A DNA stretch of 40,044 bases, taken from Polymyxa betae A26-41. Lineage: Eukaryota; Protista; Endomyxa: Phytomyxea. Location of the stretch: positions 1-40,044 of the forward strand of contig RBZT01000420.1 in the NCBI GenBank assembly GCA_003693705.1, read 5' to 3'. Each line of letters begins with the position of its first letter. Position 1 is the stretch's first letter. The notes beneath the pieces are model-generated. The model did not search any database. It saw only the letters and a program-made list of their open reading frames with translations, and had not been told where the DNA came from. The position numbers and the translations under genes are program-made. Below are positions 1-13,194 of this stretch, one piece after another.

Positions 1-33
1 ATGTTGACATCGCTTACTTAACAAAATCAGGTA

Positions 34-105
34 GCTGCCGTGACGCAATGGTCAGCGTGTTAGTCTTCGGAACTGGAGGTCCGGGTTCGAGTCCCGGCGG
101 CGGTA
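34..105 (+). tRNA. tRNA-Arg: tRNA-Arg (anticodon UCG)
   Basis: Cloverleaf folded by hand: acceptor GCTGCCG/CGGCGGT, D-stem ACGC/GCGT, anticodon loop CT-TCG-GA (65-71), T-arm CCGGG-TTCGAGT-CCCGG, discriminator A105; T4 Pol III terminator at 113-116. Confidence 0.92.
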
Positions 106-646
106 ATCACTCTTTTGCTTCCAACCGCCTTCAAAAACCATTTTTGGTAACTCCACAAATTTTTTTAAATGAGCAATTTCATGAACAAACGCGAAACAAG
201 GTGTTCAGTTTTATTGGACAGATTGACGCCACAGGATGCCTGCGTTTGTCCAGATGAACATCAATTTTCGCCATGGTTAAATAATTCCTGTGCATTTATC
301 TCAACCAGTTTCGAACAGTTGGGATCTGGATTACGACCTCGTAGCCAACATTCCAAGCGAAAAGCGAGAAATGAATATCTTATTCGATATGTTTGCCGCC
401 ATCCGACACATCCTGCGTTGTCAGGAAGCTGCCCAGTTAGCAACAAACTTCAACCGAAACATGAGTAGTAAAAGCAATTTTCCTCAAGAAATGAGGCTGG
501 TGGTTCAGTTTGCTGAACCGCCAGGCAACAAATTTAAAAATAAATTGAAATTCTGATGTATTCCTCAAGCCTATTTAGGATCAAGAGAATCGTTGCCACC
601 TAACAAAACTCGTAAGAGGCGTGTGAAAAAAGAAAATCAGGATCGA

Positions 647-2648
647 TTACCAGGTCTCTGAGCCGTCAAAAATTGGGATTTCGTCCCACATGCCAGAACG
701 GACTTTGGCGACTGTCTCGACAACACGAGCAGTATTCACATAGAATGGAGAGTCGGCGTCTCCATCCTCCTCTAACAGCAATGCGGATCGAACCCCGGTA
801 CGATTTGCTGTCAGCTGATGGCAGAGATTGATGCGATGTGGGCCAGCGTCCTCTTGGTTCCCTTCATGTGGATGCAATTCCAACATTGTGACACTATCGG
901 AAGCGAAAATTACCTACAAATATATTTACAATGGCTACGACAGATACGAATTTTTGAGTGGTATCAAAAATGAGAATGAGCATGCCGGTAATGAGGTAAA
1001 CACAAGATCAAGGTACTACGAATTAACCATGAAATTTGTCACAAAAATCGCGAACAGGAATAAATTCAGGCCAAAAGACACCAGATATAGGCGTAATGTG
1101 ATCCAGTACGTTGCTTAGGCCAGCGCCATGTGGACCTATGATAATATCGGCGAAGACGTGCTTCTTAAACATGGCCCAGAAACTTTCGTCGGGACCAAAC
1201 TCAATAACGCTTGCATCGGGATTGGCATCAACCAACGCTCTGATCAGCTCGTCCTGATTCATGATAGATCGCTTGGCGTAGAAGTCGCGGCGCTGGACTA
1301 CGATCGTGTACGGCAGCTTCATCTTAAGACCGGGTGCGTACTGCAACAGTTCAATGTCAAAGATCCTTCCAAACAGAGGCATATTGGGAATTTCGCAACT
1401 GAAACTGTGAATAATTTCTTAACTACAACAATGAGAGTTGTTTTCGTTTTTCATGGGCAAACAAAACACTTCGAGAAGGAGAAATAAAGAACACAGATAC
1501 GAAATCGATTAACCAATCAATGCAGAAATCATGATTTACTTCGTGGCGGAATTTTTCTGCAGCTTTCGATTGAATCAGCTGTTTCAAATGCCTAATGGCA
1601 GTGCTGAGAGCACGACCGCATGGCGCCGGCGATGGAGCGACAGCATGCCCAATGAAATAGAGCTGATCGGGGTTGAATGGAATCAGGCGACGACCCGGTT
1701 CCAGATCAAGCAAAGTCAGGAGCTCCGAGGCGATGCCTGGTAGATCGTACATGAGAATCTTGGCATCTGGGTGTGCCAAAAGGTAGTCGTACGTCATTGC
1801 TATTCGCGGCAGACTCTGAATTCAGCGATCAACAGCGGCCCGTAAATTCACATGCAAGAGATGAAAATTTATGAGCTCGTGAACGATTGAAAGAAAGTCG
1901 AAATCCAGACGAACAAAAGCTGTTTGAAAGAGCGTGAATAGAAGTCGGAAACTTAGAAGCTCGTAGCAATGGTTAAAAAAATCAATTACAAAGCAAATGT
2001 TGCAATACTTCAATTAGCCAATGATAGTACGCGGAACCCCAAAACTGAGATATGATAACAGAGTGTTCGATGAGCCGTAAGTCTGACAAAGATGAGTGCC
2101 TAGCGATGTCCAAAGGGAACGGCTCTGGGTTCTTATTGCATCCGCCCGGGAAGTAAACAACGTGACAATTGTAAAGCTTCAAAAATGGACCCAACAGCAG
2201 CGAGTTGTTCATCTCGGCATAAAACGCTTCGCCCTCGACATTGTCGAACCTACATCAACAGGATTCACTGAAACGGCTTGGCATGTACAAGATTTATCAT
2301 TGCATAAGAGGCGATGAAATCGCAAAAAAATACTATCGCGAAGGAAATCATGATTTTGAAAGAAAATATTACTCCATCATACATCTGCAAACGCCTAATC
2401 ACGAAGTCAGAGCTCTCCGTAAGATTAGATAGGGGCGTCTTGTTTGCATCGAATTCGTGTGTAGGGGTCGGCAACCAGTGAAATTTGTCGGCGTCCCATT
2501 CTGTACTTTTGGGACATTTAGACTGTGACGACTTTGAATCATGGTTTCTGCGAAACAACGTCAATTTACACAAAACGAGAAGAACGGTGCTCTTACGGAA
2601 CCGTAATGACAGCTGACGAAGCAGTAGCTGTAATATTGTTGACATCAT
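647..2648 (-). CDS. Glycosyltransferase family 61 (DUF563-like) protein, multi-exon
   Basis: Exons carry GT61 hallmarks: SAYYHWLIE, TIVVQRRDFYAKRSIMNQDEL, ADIIIGPHGAGLSN followed by a spliced VIF..MLELHP exon; TAA at 647-649. Start and 5' exon structure approximate. Confidence 0.8.
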
Positions 2649-3651
2649 TCACTAGCTCTATGGAAGATTCTCTGATTGTATGAGCTTAGCATTCCGACAA
2701 GACAGCTGGATATGACGTTTTAAGAGTGGATTTAGAAAAAAGCATTTAAAATGATTAGAAAAATTAGAAATATCCCAAGACTGTGTACAAGTTTGCTATC
2801 TTTCCTAACAAATAGATTTGCTTTGTTACGAAAGAGGATAAATCCATACCGAAGCTCGACTCTATGATGATCATTGGCAGCCAGGTTTTTGTCACGATCC
2901 CTGTTTTGAGGTTAATCGGATGGTGATGATAGCATGAAGACATGCCTGGCCACAATCCAAATGGCGATAACGGCCAGATTCACCAAACTATATACAACGA
3001 GCTGCAGGCGGAATTGCCATATGCCCTGACCAGATCGCATTAGCTGCAGGATCGCAGCTCGCAGGACGTCCCTGGGCTTCTCTCGACTATAAAATGACGA
3101 GAGGACCCCAATTCGAAATATGAGCGCATAGATTTAACTGTGTACAGTGGGTTGGCTGGCGATAGAGCTCAAGACGTAACATTTCAGAGAGATGTGCTGA
3201 CAGCGACTTTGATCTGGCCGGATCAGCTTAATGGCGATTTCAGCTTCGGCATCCAGCAGAGTCCACCGTAACGTAGTCGCCTTGACTTTGTCAATGAGCC
3301 AGTTGCCATTGTCGTTGATGATCTTGATGAAATTCTAGTACCGTAGACAGTTCTTGGAATCTTGCCGTATCCATGTCTTCAGTCAATGCGACTCCAGCTG
3401 ACAGGCTTGACGCTTGGCACGCTTGGCGATATCATAGTTGGCTGCAGTTCAGTCTCCAGCGAACAGACGCAACACATTTGTTAGTGAAAAAAATGTCGGG
3501 AATGTATTGTAGTTCGTAAATCGAATTCCAGACACAACCCTAGTAAAACGTTTACGTAAGTCTCGCAGCTCACGATTCCTTCGGAGACTACATGAACGAT
3601 CCCTTGAAACTAAGCAGATTCTAGAGGGTTTAAACTCATTCATTGATAGCA

Positions 3652-6600
3652 TTACGAAGATATATGAGTTAAAGAATGTACAATGATGGTGGATCCGCTG
3701 CTGGAAGCGAGTAGAATCCCATCATGATGTAATGTCAGAGAGCTAATCTGATCTCCGTGTACAGCTGCATCTTGGAAAGCGCCACTTTCGAGATCAACAA
3801 CAGTCAAGATGCAGTCTGCGTTATCAGATGTCAAACCAAGAACTGTCGGGATAAGATACATTTCAATTAGATAGGGCGTACCTTTGCTTCCAAGGACGAT
3901 AATTTCGTGGTTTAACCCCATACAAAGCGGCGCATGTGGGATCTCTATAGACCTCAAAGTCTGCACAGGCTTCAGTCAAAATTGAACGTTCACTCATAAA
4001 AAAGAAACCTGGTTTGTCTCAAAGTTATAAAGAACAAGCTCCAGCTTGGAATGAGGACTGAATCGAGCCACCACGTTTGGAATTGATGGTACGAAAGCTG
4101 CAAGCGAACATAAGAAAGACACGACGACAAGATGAAATCTTAGCTCACCTGCTAAATAGGGGGTTTCCTTGGAATCATTAGCTTCGTTTTCCTGCTCGGA
4201 TATTAGTGCATCAAAACAATGATGAGCCAAAAAAAGAGGAAGTGAAGCCAAAGAAAAGCAGCTTTTTTACCCTGGAAGAGACCCATTTGTGTAAAACGGC
4301 ATCGAATTGGTCGATGTGGGAATCTGCTTCAGTCTTCCAGAGCGATAAGCGCCCATGGGAATCAGCAACAAGGAACAGGTTGGGCGCATGCGGCGATTGC
4401 TCAATGCAGCGAATCTCAGAACGGGCGTGATTCCCAACGGAATACTGGACTTCGGTCGAATTGAGCAAATAGATCGAACTCGATTCAGTTGCTGCAACAA
4501 GCACCCTCCCTGACATTAACAGAGGTTCAGAATGATTTTGGCAAACCCAGAAAATTGATAAACCGAAAGAGCTTGCACAATTCCAAATTAGTGATTGCAT
4601 GATTTGAGGTGAAATTCAAACAACAGCGAAAAGCTATGAAAACCTGAGTTCGTATAAATTAGTTTCGAGATGGGACTGCCGAGGTCGATGGTAGCGGAAA
4701 CCGAGAAGTTGACAAAATCCAGGATGCGAACGATACCGTCGCTGAATCCAGCCGCGATTGAATACTGATTGGCGGATACTGCACAGCATGAGCAAACCTA
4801 AATTCAGATAAATAACAAAATCAACAGCATTCTGTTGATGCAGAAGAATAAAAGTAACCAACCTGGCCTGGTACTTGAAAATGGAGAACCTGATCGAGAG
4901 AAGCCACGTTAAGGGAACCGTCGTCTCGTGTTTCGGAAATGTTCCAAAGCCGGATCGAGCCATCGCTGCCAGCTGAACACATGAATTCCGCCAATTCAGG
5001 AATAAATGAAACCTGTCATCATGGGTTTGGAAACTGGTTCATGAAGAAATGCTTTTGTTTGATCTCGAACCGAATTGGTAGCAAAACGCGATATTGTTAC
5101 CTGAATGACATGATCGGTATGACTCTTCACAAGAGGAACCACTTTAACAGAGCCCGAATCGGATTTCGCAGAATAAGGCCAATGAACATAGAGAACAGGG
5201 CCCTGTTCTGTGCCCAATACGGCAACTTCGGACTTTGGGCCCCAGCAGACGGATACCGGAATGTGGCCTTGCAGTGAAATCTGAGATAATTCTGTCACTC
5301 GAATCTAGAGACAGGTTCAGCAACTCTGGTATGATATCTGTGATACCATGCCTTTTCTTTCTGGTCTTTCAGCAGGACCAGATTCACGCGGCGGATAGAG
5401 TCGCAGGCTCCTGTTATCATCAGCGAGAACTCGGCAGGTTCATCGCGGGACAGACGGCGGCCGCCAATCGAGAATATTTCTTCGCTCATGATATGGATCT
5501 CGCCCAGAAAGAGCCACGACGGAACTTGCCAAATTTGGACCCATCCTAGATTTAGAAGTTAATTGCCGAGGCGGAATAGAATGAAAGTTTGCCAAAGTGT
5601 GAGTTCTGAAATGATAATATACTTCATAGTAAAACAGAAATATCAACAAATCCCACCTTTATTGGTACCGGCTATCAGATGCGAACTGTCCACGAAAGAG
5701 ATGGCGGTGAATGCAGCAACAGATCCGTCTGGATTTCGTTGTGAGCTTTTTAAGGATTCGCAGGATATGGACCACGACATCCCTGAATTGGGCGTCTCTT
5801 TCGACGAAATTCGGAATAGCACCACTGTTACAGCAATGAGTTCTTTAAAAGGTGAGAAACCAAAAAATCGTGCAGACTGGAGACCAATAGCCCCGTAAAA
5901 TGGATACGAAAAGCGGAAAGTTTTATAACGCTTACAGGTTCGATCTGTTCCGGCTACGAAAGTGTCGCTAGAGCGAGGAAGAAATCTTGCCGAAAACACG
6001 ATCTCATTCAGCGACTGTGTGAGAATGCATTCCCCTGGACGTAATGTTTCAATGGGGTCCGAAAAATGCAAACAGCAGTTCAGCAACACACCAGTACGAG
6101 CGTTCCAAAGGCAAAGCGAACAATTCGGTCGCGACCCAATTGAAACCAGGAAGCTAGCAATCTCATTGAAGCACAAAAGTTGGATGCCTGCAGAGATTTT
6201 CAGGACCGACACACAATGTGAAAGAATCACAGAGAGATATTATGATATTGAGAGGGGTAGAAATGTGTTGGAACGTGCGAAAGTCAATTGGCAATAACAA
6301 ATTGGAGTCCACGCTAAGATCCTTTGTGACAAAAAAGAACCAGAAGCAGGTTGAAAACGAAAAGAAAACAGACGACAAATAAATGAAGTTCAAGAGACTT
6401 AGAAGAAACGTAATGTGACTGAGCAATCCATAGAAAAAAAATGATGTTTACCGGTGCTATGTGGAGTGGTAATTTCAGTGATGGGATTCAGTGAGTTAAG
6501 ATCCCATAGCCAAATTGCTGATTTGGATTGATTCGGTAGTTGACTCTTTCCATCTCCACTGGCTAACAAGTCTCCATTACACGTGATCGCCAAAGTAGAG

Positions 6601-9600
6601 ATTTCCTCCTGTAAAGTCTAAGCTCTTTGCAGCTGAAAGGATGATACAGAAAGTTGTGGTCAAAAGTTCCGAATTCTGTTGAAAACAAAATGTCTAATTT
6701 GAAAATTTTGGGATTGGGTAGAAAAAGTAAAAGCATTACAGAATGTCCAGCAAGATGCGATCGCGCCGATGATTCCAAATTCTCTATCACGATAATTTTT
6801 CCATAGGACATAATCAGCTTTCCAGTCGGCAAATGCCTGTTGAGTCGGTATCACTATATGGAGAAAAGGTTCCAGCAAATCGAGGACCAGAGAGTGTTGG
6901 TTCGCCCCCGACCATTCGATCCAAGAATGTGTTGAATCTGCAAAGCAGATCTTTCAGCGGGCACTGTATACAGAGCCGGTGCATTCCCTTGGACTATATC
7001 GCGTCCGACGTATTGACTGAAATAAGCCGCACTAGCAGGCGTAGGTTGTATTTCTGATCTGAAACTGCTAAAAGAACCGTTAGAAAGGGCAAAACGGTGC
7101 CATGGATAGCTAAATAACACTGATAAAATTTAAGTGAACTGCAATGGAGAATCGTCAACATTCCAGGAGTTGTACAAGAATTTAAATACTCTTCAACAAA
7201 TCCTGGTCTGTGAGCAAGCTGAACGAAAAGTTATTAAACTGCATTTACCTTTGAGCAGAAAATGAGGACACTGGAAGAGGCGATTGCTGCGGCTGAGGCA
7301 GCGCAGAGGCTTCTGAGAGACCCACAGAGTCTTCGCCATCGGAGAAACCATGATCGTCTGAAGCGCCATTGCCTTCGACATGCTGATTCACCTCATTGGA
7401 CTCGTCTTCAGCTGCTTTACAATTTGAAATATGAAAAAGAGACTGAATGAAATATCACGTACCGATGAACGAGTCTTGAAATTTCCAAAAGAGCAGGACG
7501 TTCCCAGTGGACACCAACAAACGGTCCGATGCACAGCATTCTAATGCACACGCTTTACCCTGAAGCGCATAGCGAGACGAAGCGATAGTGGTGCGGGCGT
7601 CTCGAATCTCATCATAATTGAAAATGTGCAAGAGTTCTTGCTCAGGTTCGATAGCTACAAAATATCGCCCGCTCCTCAAAAATCGAATTTTCGACAGTCG
7701 CATTTCACCGAAGCACCGTTCGCCGAGAATTCGCTTTCGAATTAGATCATATCTGTGCTTAGCATTGACGAACATTCGAATGAAACGAAGTTAGCATATA
7801 CCGGATAAATGTGTAATCGGATGTGCAAATCAGTATTTCGTCTAGCTTTGGATGAAATGCGATCAGATGGCACGAACCACTGCAGTACTGAGAGTCAGAA
7901 TATGGGCAACCGAACAGCGAAATCTGGTAACAATTCGCCTAAAGAAACGTAACAGAAAAAATCGGGATATCAGCTTTGGACAACATGATAAGTCAATGTA
8001 GAAAGAAAAACATGATTCTTAACCGTAGCTACACAACAGAAGCTATAAGCAAAGTCCATTGAGAAACAAATGTTGTAAAAAGGATTACGCGAAAATGATA
8101 GAAAGTCATAGTTTCTCGACCTTCTGAGAATAATGCGACAGCTTTCCTGGAATGTCTCTGTATCGTACACAAGCGCCTCGTTCGTGCCGAGTTGCCCAGG
8201 CGCGGCGAATAAATTGTCACGATAACTGCATGCGCTGTTTACAACTAAGTTAGTGCAGGCAGAAGATTAGCACAATGGAACTACAGTGAGCAATCGGGAG
8301 AGCCGGCAACAACACGAACTGGTTGGTATGATCGTAGAGCATCGTAGGCCCAGATATGCGAATCACGGGAGGCGCTGAAAACCCGTTTTCCATCTGGAGT
8401 GAAAAGAAGCTCGCAGATTTCGTCAGAATGTTGGTTCCATTCAGCCTAATAAACTGGTAAATACAAGAAACAGAAGATTGAGATGCTGAAGAGACTGAAA
8501 CGAATGAAAAGGAGCACGAACTAATTCCCATAAAAAGTTCGAGCGAAATGTCTACTTACAAGAATCTTGGAATTTTTCATATCAAAAATCTGAATTTTGC
8601 CCGAAGGAAATCCAAGCGCTAGCTGATTTCCTTTCGGATGACAGGCGATTTTGCTGGCACTTTCATTGCCGAGAGATAGCTCAAAAACCTACATCCAAAC
8701 GTCAAACAGAGGTGAGGAACCCCCGGGCTTGCCACCTGATCTAATGAGTGCAGATTCCAAATTCGTATAGAATGGTCTGCACAGGAAGTCACCAGTTCAG
8801 GCTCGTCATCACCCTCCCGAACAGCCACATCAAGTATCTAGTCAAATATCAATCTATAAAAGAAAAACAATCCAGAAGCGCATCCGTATAAAGATTTGCA
8901 AGCAGAGACAATTCAGGGCGCACAAAACAGCAAACAGTTACAAATCCAGCGTATAATATTGAATAAGCACATTCAAACCATGATGAGGTCAAATATACCT
9001 GTGCAGAATTGGTTCTTAGAACAACCTTATACTGGCAGTTCTCGATATCTAGAATGCCGACAGTTCCCAAATCAGAACCACAGACAACGCTAAGCCCATC
9101 TTCGCCAAAGCTGACGGATCGGATTGCTTTCTTGTGCTCCGCTTCCGCCGTACATCCAGAAAAGTCTAACGGCCAAACTCGTACAAGTCCATCTTCAGCT
9201 CCAGATGCACAAAAACCTGCAAACTAAATCAGAAATCGCAGCTAATAACAGATTGGAAAGACATTTAAAAGATAATTTGACAATAGTACCGAAACTGCAA
9301 ACAAATGGAAACGCGTTGCAGAAAACAGACTGCTGATAGAAGTCAACAGATAGGCCGAAAAACAGACCATGAGATATAGCTAAAGATCTAATTGCAGACT
9401 GGTGCAGTTGTACAATGGACTTCAACAATAATGTATCGGAATCGACGACGAAGATGGCGCCAGAGGCAGCAGCTGCGTATAGATTTCGAGGCCGTCCAAT
9501 AGACCCTGTAGCCAGCCCATACGGAGATTCAAAACAAATGCAAGTAAAATCATTCCTGGAATGCTGACGGTTTCATTAGAGAATTACGTGATTGAAGGAA

Positions 9601-11988
9601 TACATTGCTGATTTAAAAAGAAAATATGGTGGTGATCTAAGGGACTTTGTGGAAAATCGCCTTGGTCGATTTTCGACAAGTAAAACGTTAGAATAAACTT
9701 TTGAAAACCAAAAATCAAGGGAAAAATAAACAAGAACTCACCTCATTGAGAACGATAGACTGCCCTGGAAGGTGTTCGTTCTTTATTCTCCAAACTTTGA
9801 TGTTCTCGGGCCCACACGATGCCAGTTGGTGAGGGGCACCTGGGTGAGGAGCGAAATCAATTTGTCGAATTTTCACTTCCGACGTCTGCTTTGCCACAAT
9901 GGAAATTTGACCCGACTCGAATACATCAGAGATATCCCACACCAGGACTTGGGTCCGATTATATCCTGAAAGACACAAAATAGAGGACTAAATTCTACGG
10001 ATTCTGATTGATGAATAAACAAATAGAGCCAAAGATGAAAATGCAGTAGCAGAAAGTAGAGACACGTGGTAACACGAAGAGAAACGATGCAACTGGGAAT
10101 CCACGATATTAATTAATGCTTTAGATCAACGAAAAAAAGGTCCAAGAAACAGGTCCACTAGCAAGATTCGAAAAAAATGCTTAGGGATCCCAACTGCTAT
10201 AATGACAAGGATATTATATGATTACCGTCTTTACCAACAGCAACAAGCAAGCGAACATCATGCGAGATCGACAATGTCGTTAGATCGGAGGCAAAGGCGG
10301 GGAAGCGGGCTGCAATTCGATCCGATTTCAGTTCCCAAAAGATCAGGAAAGGGTTCTTTCCCGTCTGCCCGGTGACAAGCAATCTGCCAAATGTGCAGAC
10401 GGCCATACAGCAAACCGGAGCAGTATGCCCGGCTAATATTGTCTGCTGATCGAACTCAATATCATGAATTACGACCTGCGAATTCCACTCGATATCAAAT
10501 TGAAAGAGTATATGTCTAGGACCTTACCGAATTGCCAGCAGCATAGAGAAGAGCATTTTTATGCAGCCATTTCAGGCAGGATGGAATCGTGCTAAATCCA
10601 GATATACGATAAAGGTCTAAAATGGTGTTGGACGACCGCGAGTCGCCCTCAGCTTGAAGGGCATCCTGCTTGGACAATTTTGCTTTCGCCATCTTTCGAA
10701 GCGTGGCCTGTGAAAAATTAATCCAAGAAATCAAAATCGCAAGAACTGCTGAAGAAAAGTAATCGGTGCATTGAAAAATATTCACCAAACTGATGCTTAA
10801 ACGGTGGCTGACTTTCGATGTTAGGCCCGGTTTTTGGGCAATGCCATGTAAGCTCTTTTGGTACTCCTCAGCGTTGGGCAACTCAGGCGACCATAACCAG
10901 TCGTACACATCCATCCATTCTTGAGTAGATGCGATTGGAAGGCGCATCTCGCGTGGAAGATTAAACGGCGAAAATCTATACATAAAAGTTCGTCAACACT
11001 GGCGATACTACACGAGCTTAACCTCATCGAGGTGACATTGCTAGACACAAACAAAAAACCAGCCAAACAGACAAGATGAATCACGTTGAAAAAAGCAATA
11101 AACGCTCAAAACGTCAATCAATTACGCATTACGTCTTCGATGATGTAAAGATACCATGCAGCTGTAAATCTGCACAGACTTTGAGTGATTTTATCGATCC
11201 GAATTCATATCGCGTATATTGCTGGAAAATTCTACCAAGATCGACTCCAAACACTTCAGATCAAATCAGCGACCAAAGCAAGCAGAACAAAATACCGTTT
11301 ACCGGTCCATTTAAGCGGAACGAGTTGAATCAAAGGGATCTGTATGACCCGTCCTGAACATTTCCTCTCTCGGAAAAGGTTGCTAAATGATATTCGAACA
11401 ACCAGATCGGGAATTGTCGTTTGGGCATCAATATGAATTACAAAGTGTCTATAAAAATCTGAATGATGTTACAAAATCCAAATGAGACAAAGCGGGTGTT
11501 GAGCAAATGCAAAATTTGACAATCTCCCCTAAGGCAAGCAATTTCCAGCAGCAAAATAAAAGTATGTATGCCTTTAACAAATGAGCAGTGATTACCTGTA
11601 ATGCTCGAGGATTCTAAATTGGAAGTAGATAATGCTGCCAGACAATCCCAAGCTGGACGAATTCTGAGCTGGGATTTGCAGATAATTGGCAGCAGGTACA
11701 AGCCCTGTGAGCGAATAGACCGATGCGGAAATTGATTTTTCCATAATCTATGACATAGCGCCGTAAATACTCCAAAGGAGAATGCAGAAATTCCTTGATT
11801 TTGACCTGATGAACGTTCCCGAATATTCTCGGACCATAATCGATACATTTCAATTGTTTTAACACGTCAAAGCATGGGTCCTGAAAAACTGGATATGCAT
11901 CAGCACCGCGCTGCTGTTCCAGCAATGAAAACTGACCGGATCCGAAAACGGAAGCACCAGAGCCGCCCTCCAAGTCAGGTGCCGACAT
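3652..11988 (-). CDS. WDR90: WD repeat-containing protein 90 (centriolar POC16/WDR90), one multi-exon gene
   Basis: N-terminal CFA20-like domain in frames missed by the ORF track (VYSLTGLVPAANYLQIPAQNSSSLGLSG; HFVIHIDAQ..VVRISFSNLFRE; LPREMRLP..EW). Then WD40 blocks in WDR90 order: LASCGPENIKVWRI, DHSIRIWNL, ILGSNGRGRTNTLW, HLAGHSEEISTLAI, GSDGSIRLWN, AFQDAAVHGDQISSL. GT-AG junctions traced for many exons; ATG 11988, TAA 3652. Confidence 0.85.
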
Positions 11989-13018
11989 TGAAAAGGTGGT
12001 CAAGAGTGAAAGCCTGGCGGCTGTGCTATAGCAGCAGACCAATGCAGGCTGGTGTCGTGTGACGTCTTCATTGGAGGCCGTCACCGTCTTCTCTAGGATT
12101 AACACTATATACCTATCATAGCTACCGGTACCGGTAAATGGGTAAATGCAGTCGTCAGGTTCCGCCAACGGCACATTGCAGTAGAGGTGATAGTAAGAGT
12201 CTAACCAAATGGTTGAGATTTTAAACAGCAAAGCCTTACCGATTTCTGATAAGTTTCGATCGGAAGATTTTGGTATCCGTTTCGTGCTCTCGTTTAAAAC
12301 TTCTTATAATCATAGTTAAATCTGCTCATCATATAGGCTATTCAGTCGCTTTCGCAGAAGACGTTTGCCTCAATGTCAAAGCTACAGCTTTGAAGCAGTC
12401 TCCCAAACTGCTTATTCTCGCGCACCTGATATGGCGAAGGAATAGAGGACAGAAAAAATCGAAATCATCGATACCAGCTTCAGATTTAATAATGGGATTT
12501 TCCTATACCATGATCACAAACAGTAGAACTTTTTGCCCTACGATGATCGTTTCTTTGGGTTTGCGCGAAGCCGTTCCGATGGTATCTATACTGCCCAAGA
12601 CTGTTTGAGGCAACAGTGAGGAAGCCAGTAATGTATTAGAGTCTAAACCCGGAAGTTGACCAAACACTAATACAAACTCGAAGATCTGACTCAACAATGG
12701 GGGTCTGTTCCAGGCAATTCCATAATGATTCGAAGCTTCCCTAGATCCACATCTGATCGGAAAAGTTAGCCAGATCGGCCAATCGATCACGAAGCCAACA
12801 TTGTAGCCAGTGAAGAAAATACCAAACCATGGAAAGAATCTAGTTTCTCTTCATGTCTGAGACTTGTGATTCCGAAGACTCCCTAATTGAACTCAATCTT
12901 GAATCGTTTGCAAGTTTGAATTTGCAAAACAACAAGTCGCCTTCATTCATACTGAAAAATACAAATGCGAATGTGACAGCGAAGTCTGGGAAGCAACAGC
13001 AAAAAATCAACAAAATAT

Positions 13019-13090
13019 TACCGCCGCCGGGACTCGAACCCGGACCTCCAGTTCCGAAGACTAACACGCTGACCATTGCGTCACGGCAGC
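13019..13090 (-). tRNA. tRNA-Arg: tRNA-Arg (anticodon UCG), identical second copy
   Basis: Exact reverse complement of 34-105; oligo-T terminators at 13012-13015 and 13001-13006 on the minus strand. Confidence 0.92.
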
Positions 13091-13194
13091 TACCGCTGAT
13101 GATATCAGTCGCAATCATTTATGAGAACGATCGCCCCGATATCAAATTAGGAAGATAAATTGGCAAATAATGTGATTTTATCAAAGTAGAAAGA

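Noticed and set aside
48-257. ORFs sharing MVSVLVFGTGGPGSSPGGGN (also 12840-13118)
   Set aside because: Artefact of translating the two identical tRNA-Arg genes.
3652-11988. Several separate WD40 genes
   Set aside because: The fragments splice into one collinear WDR90.
12100-12950. Possible gene divergent from WDR90
   Set aside because: Stops in all frames, no convincing splice model and no recognisable motif.
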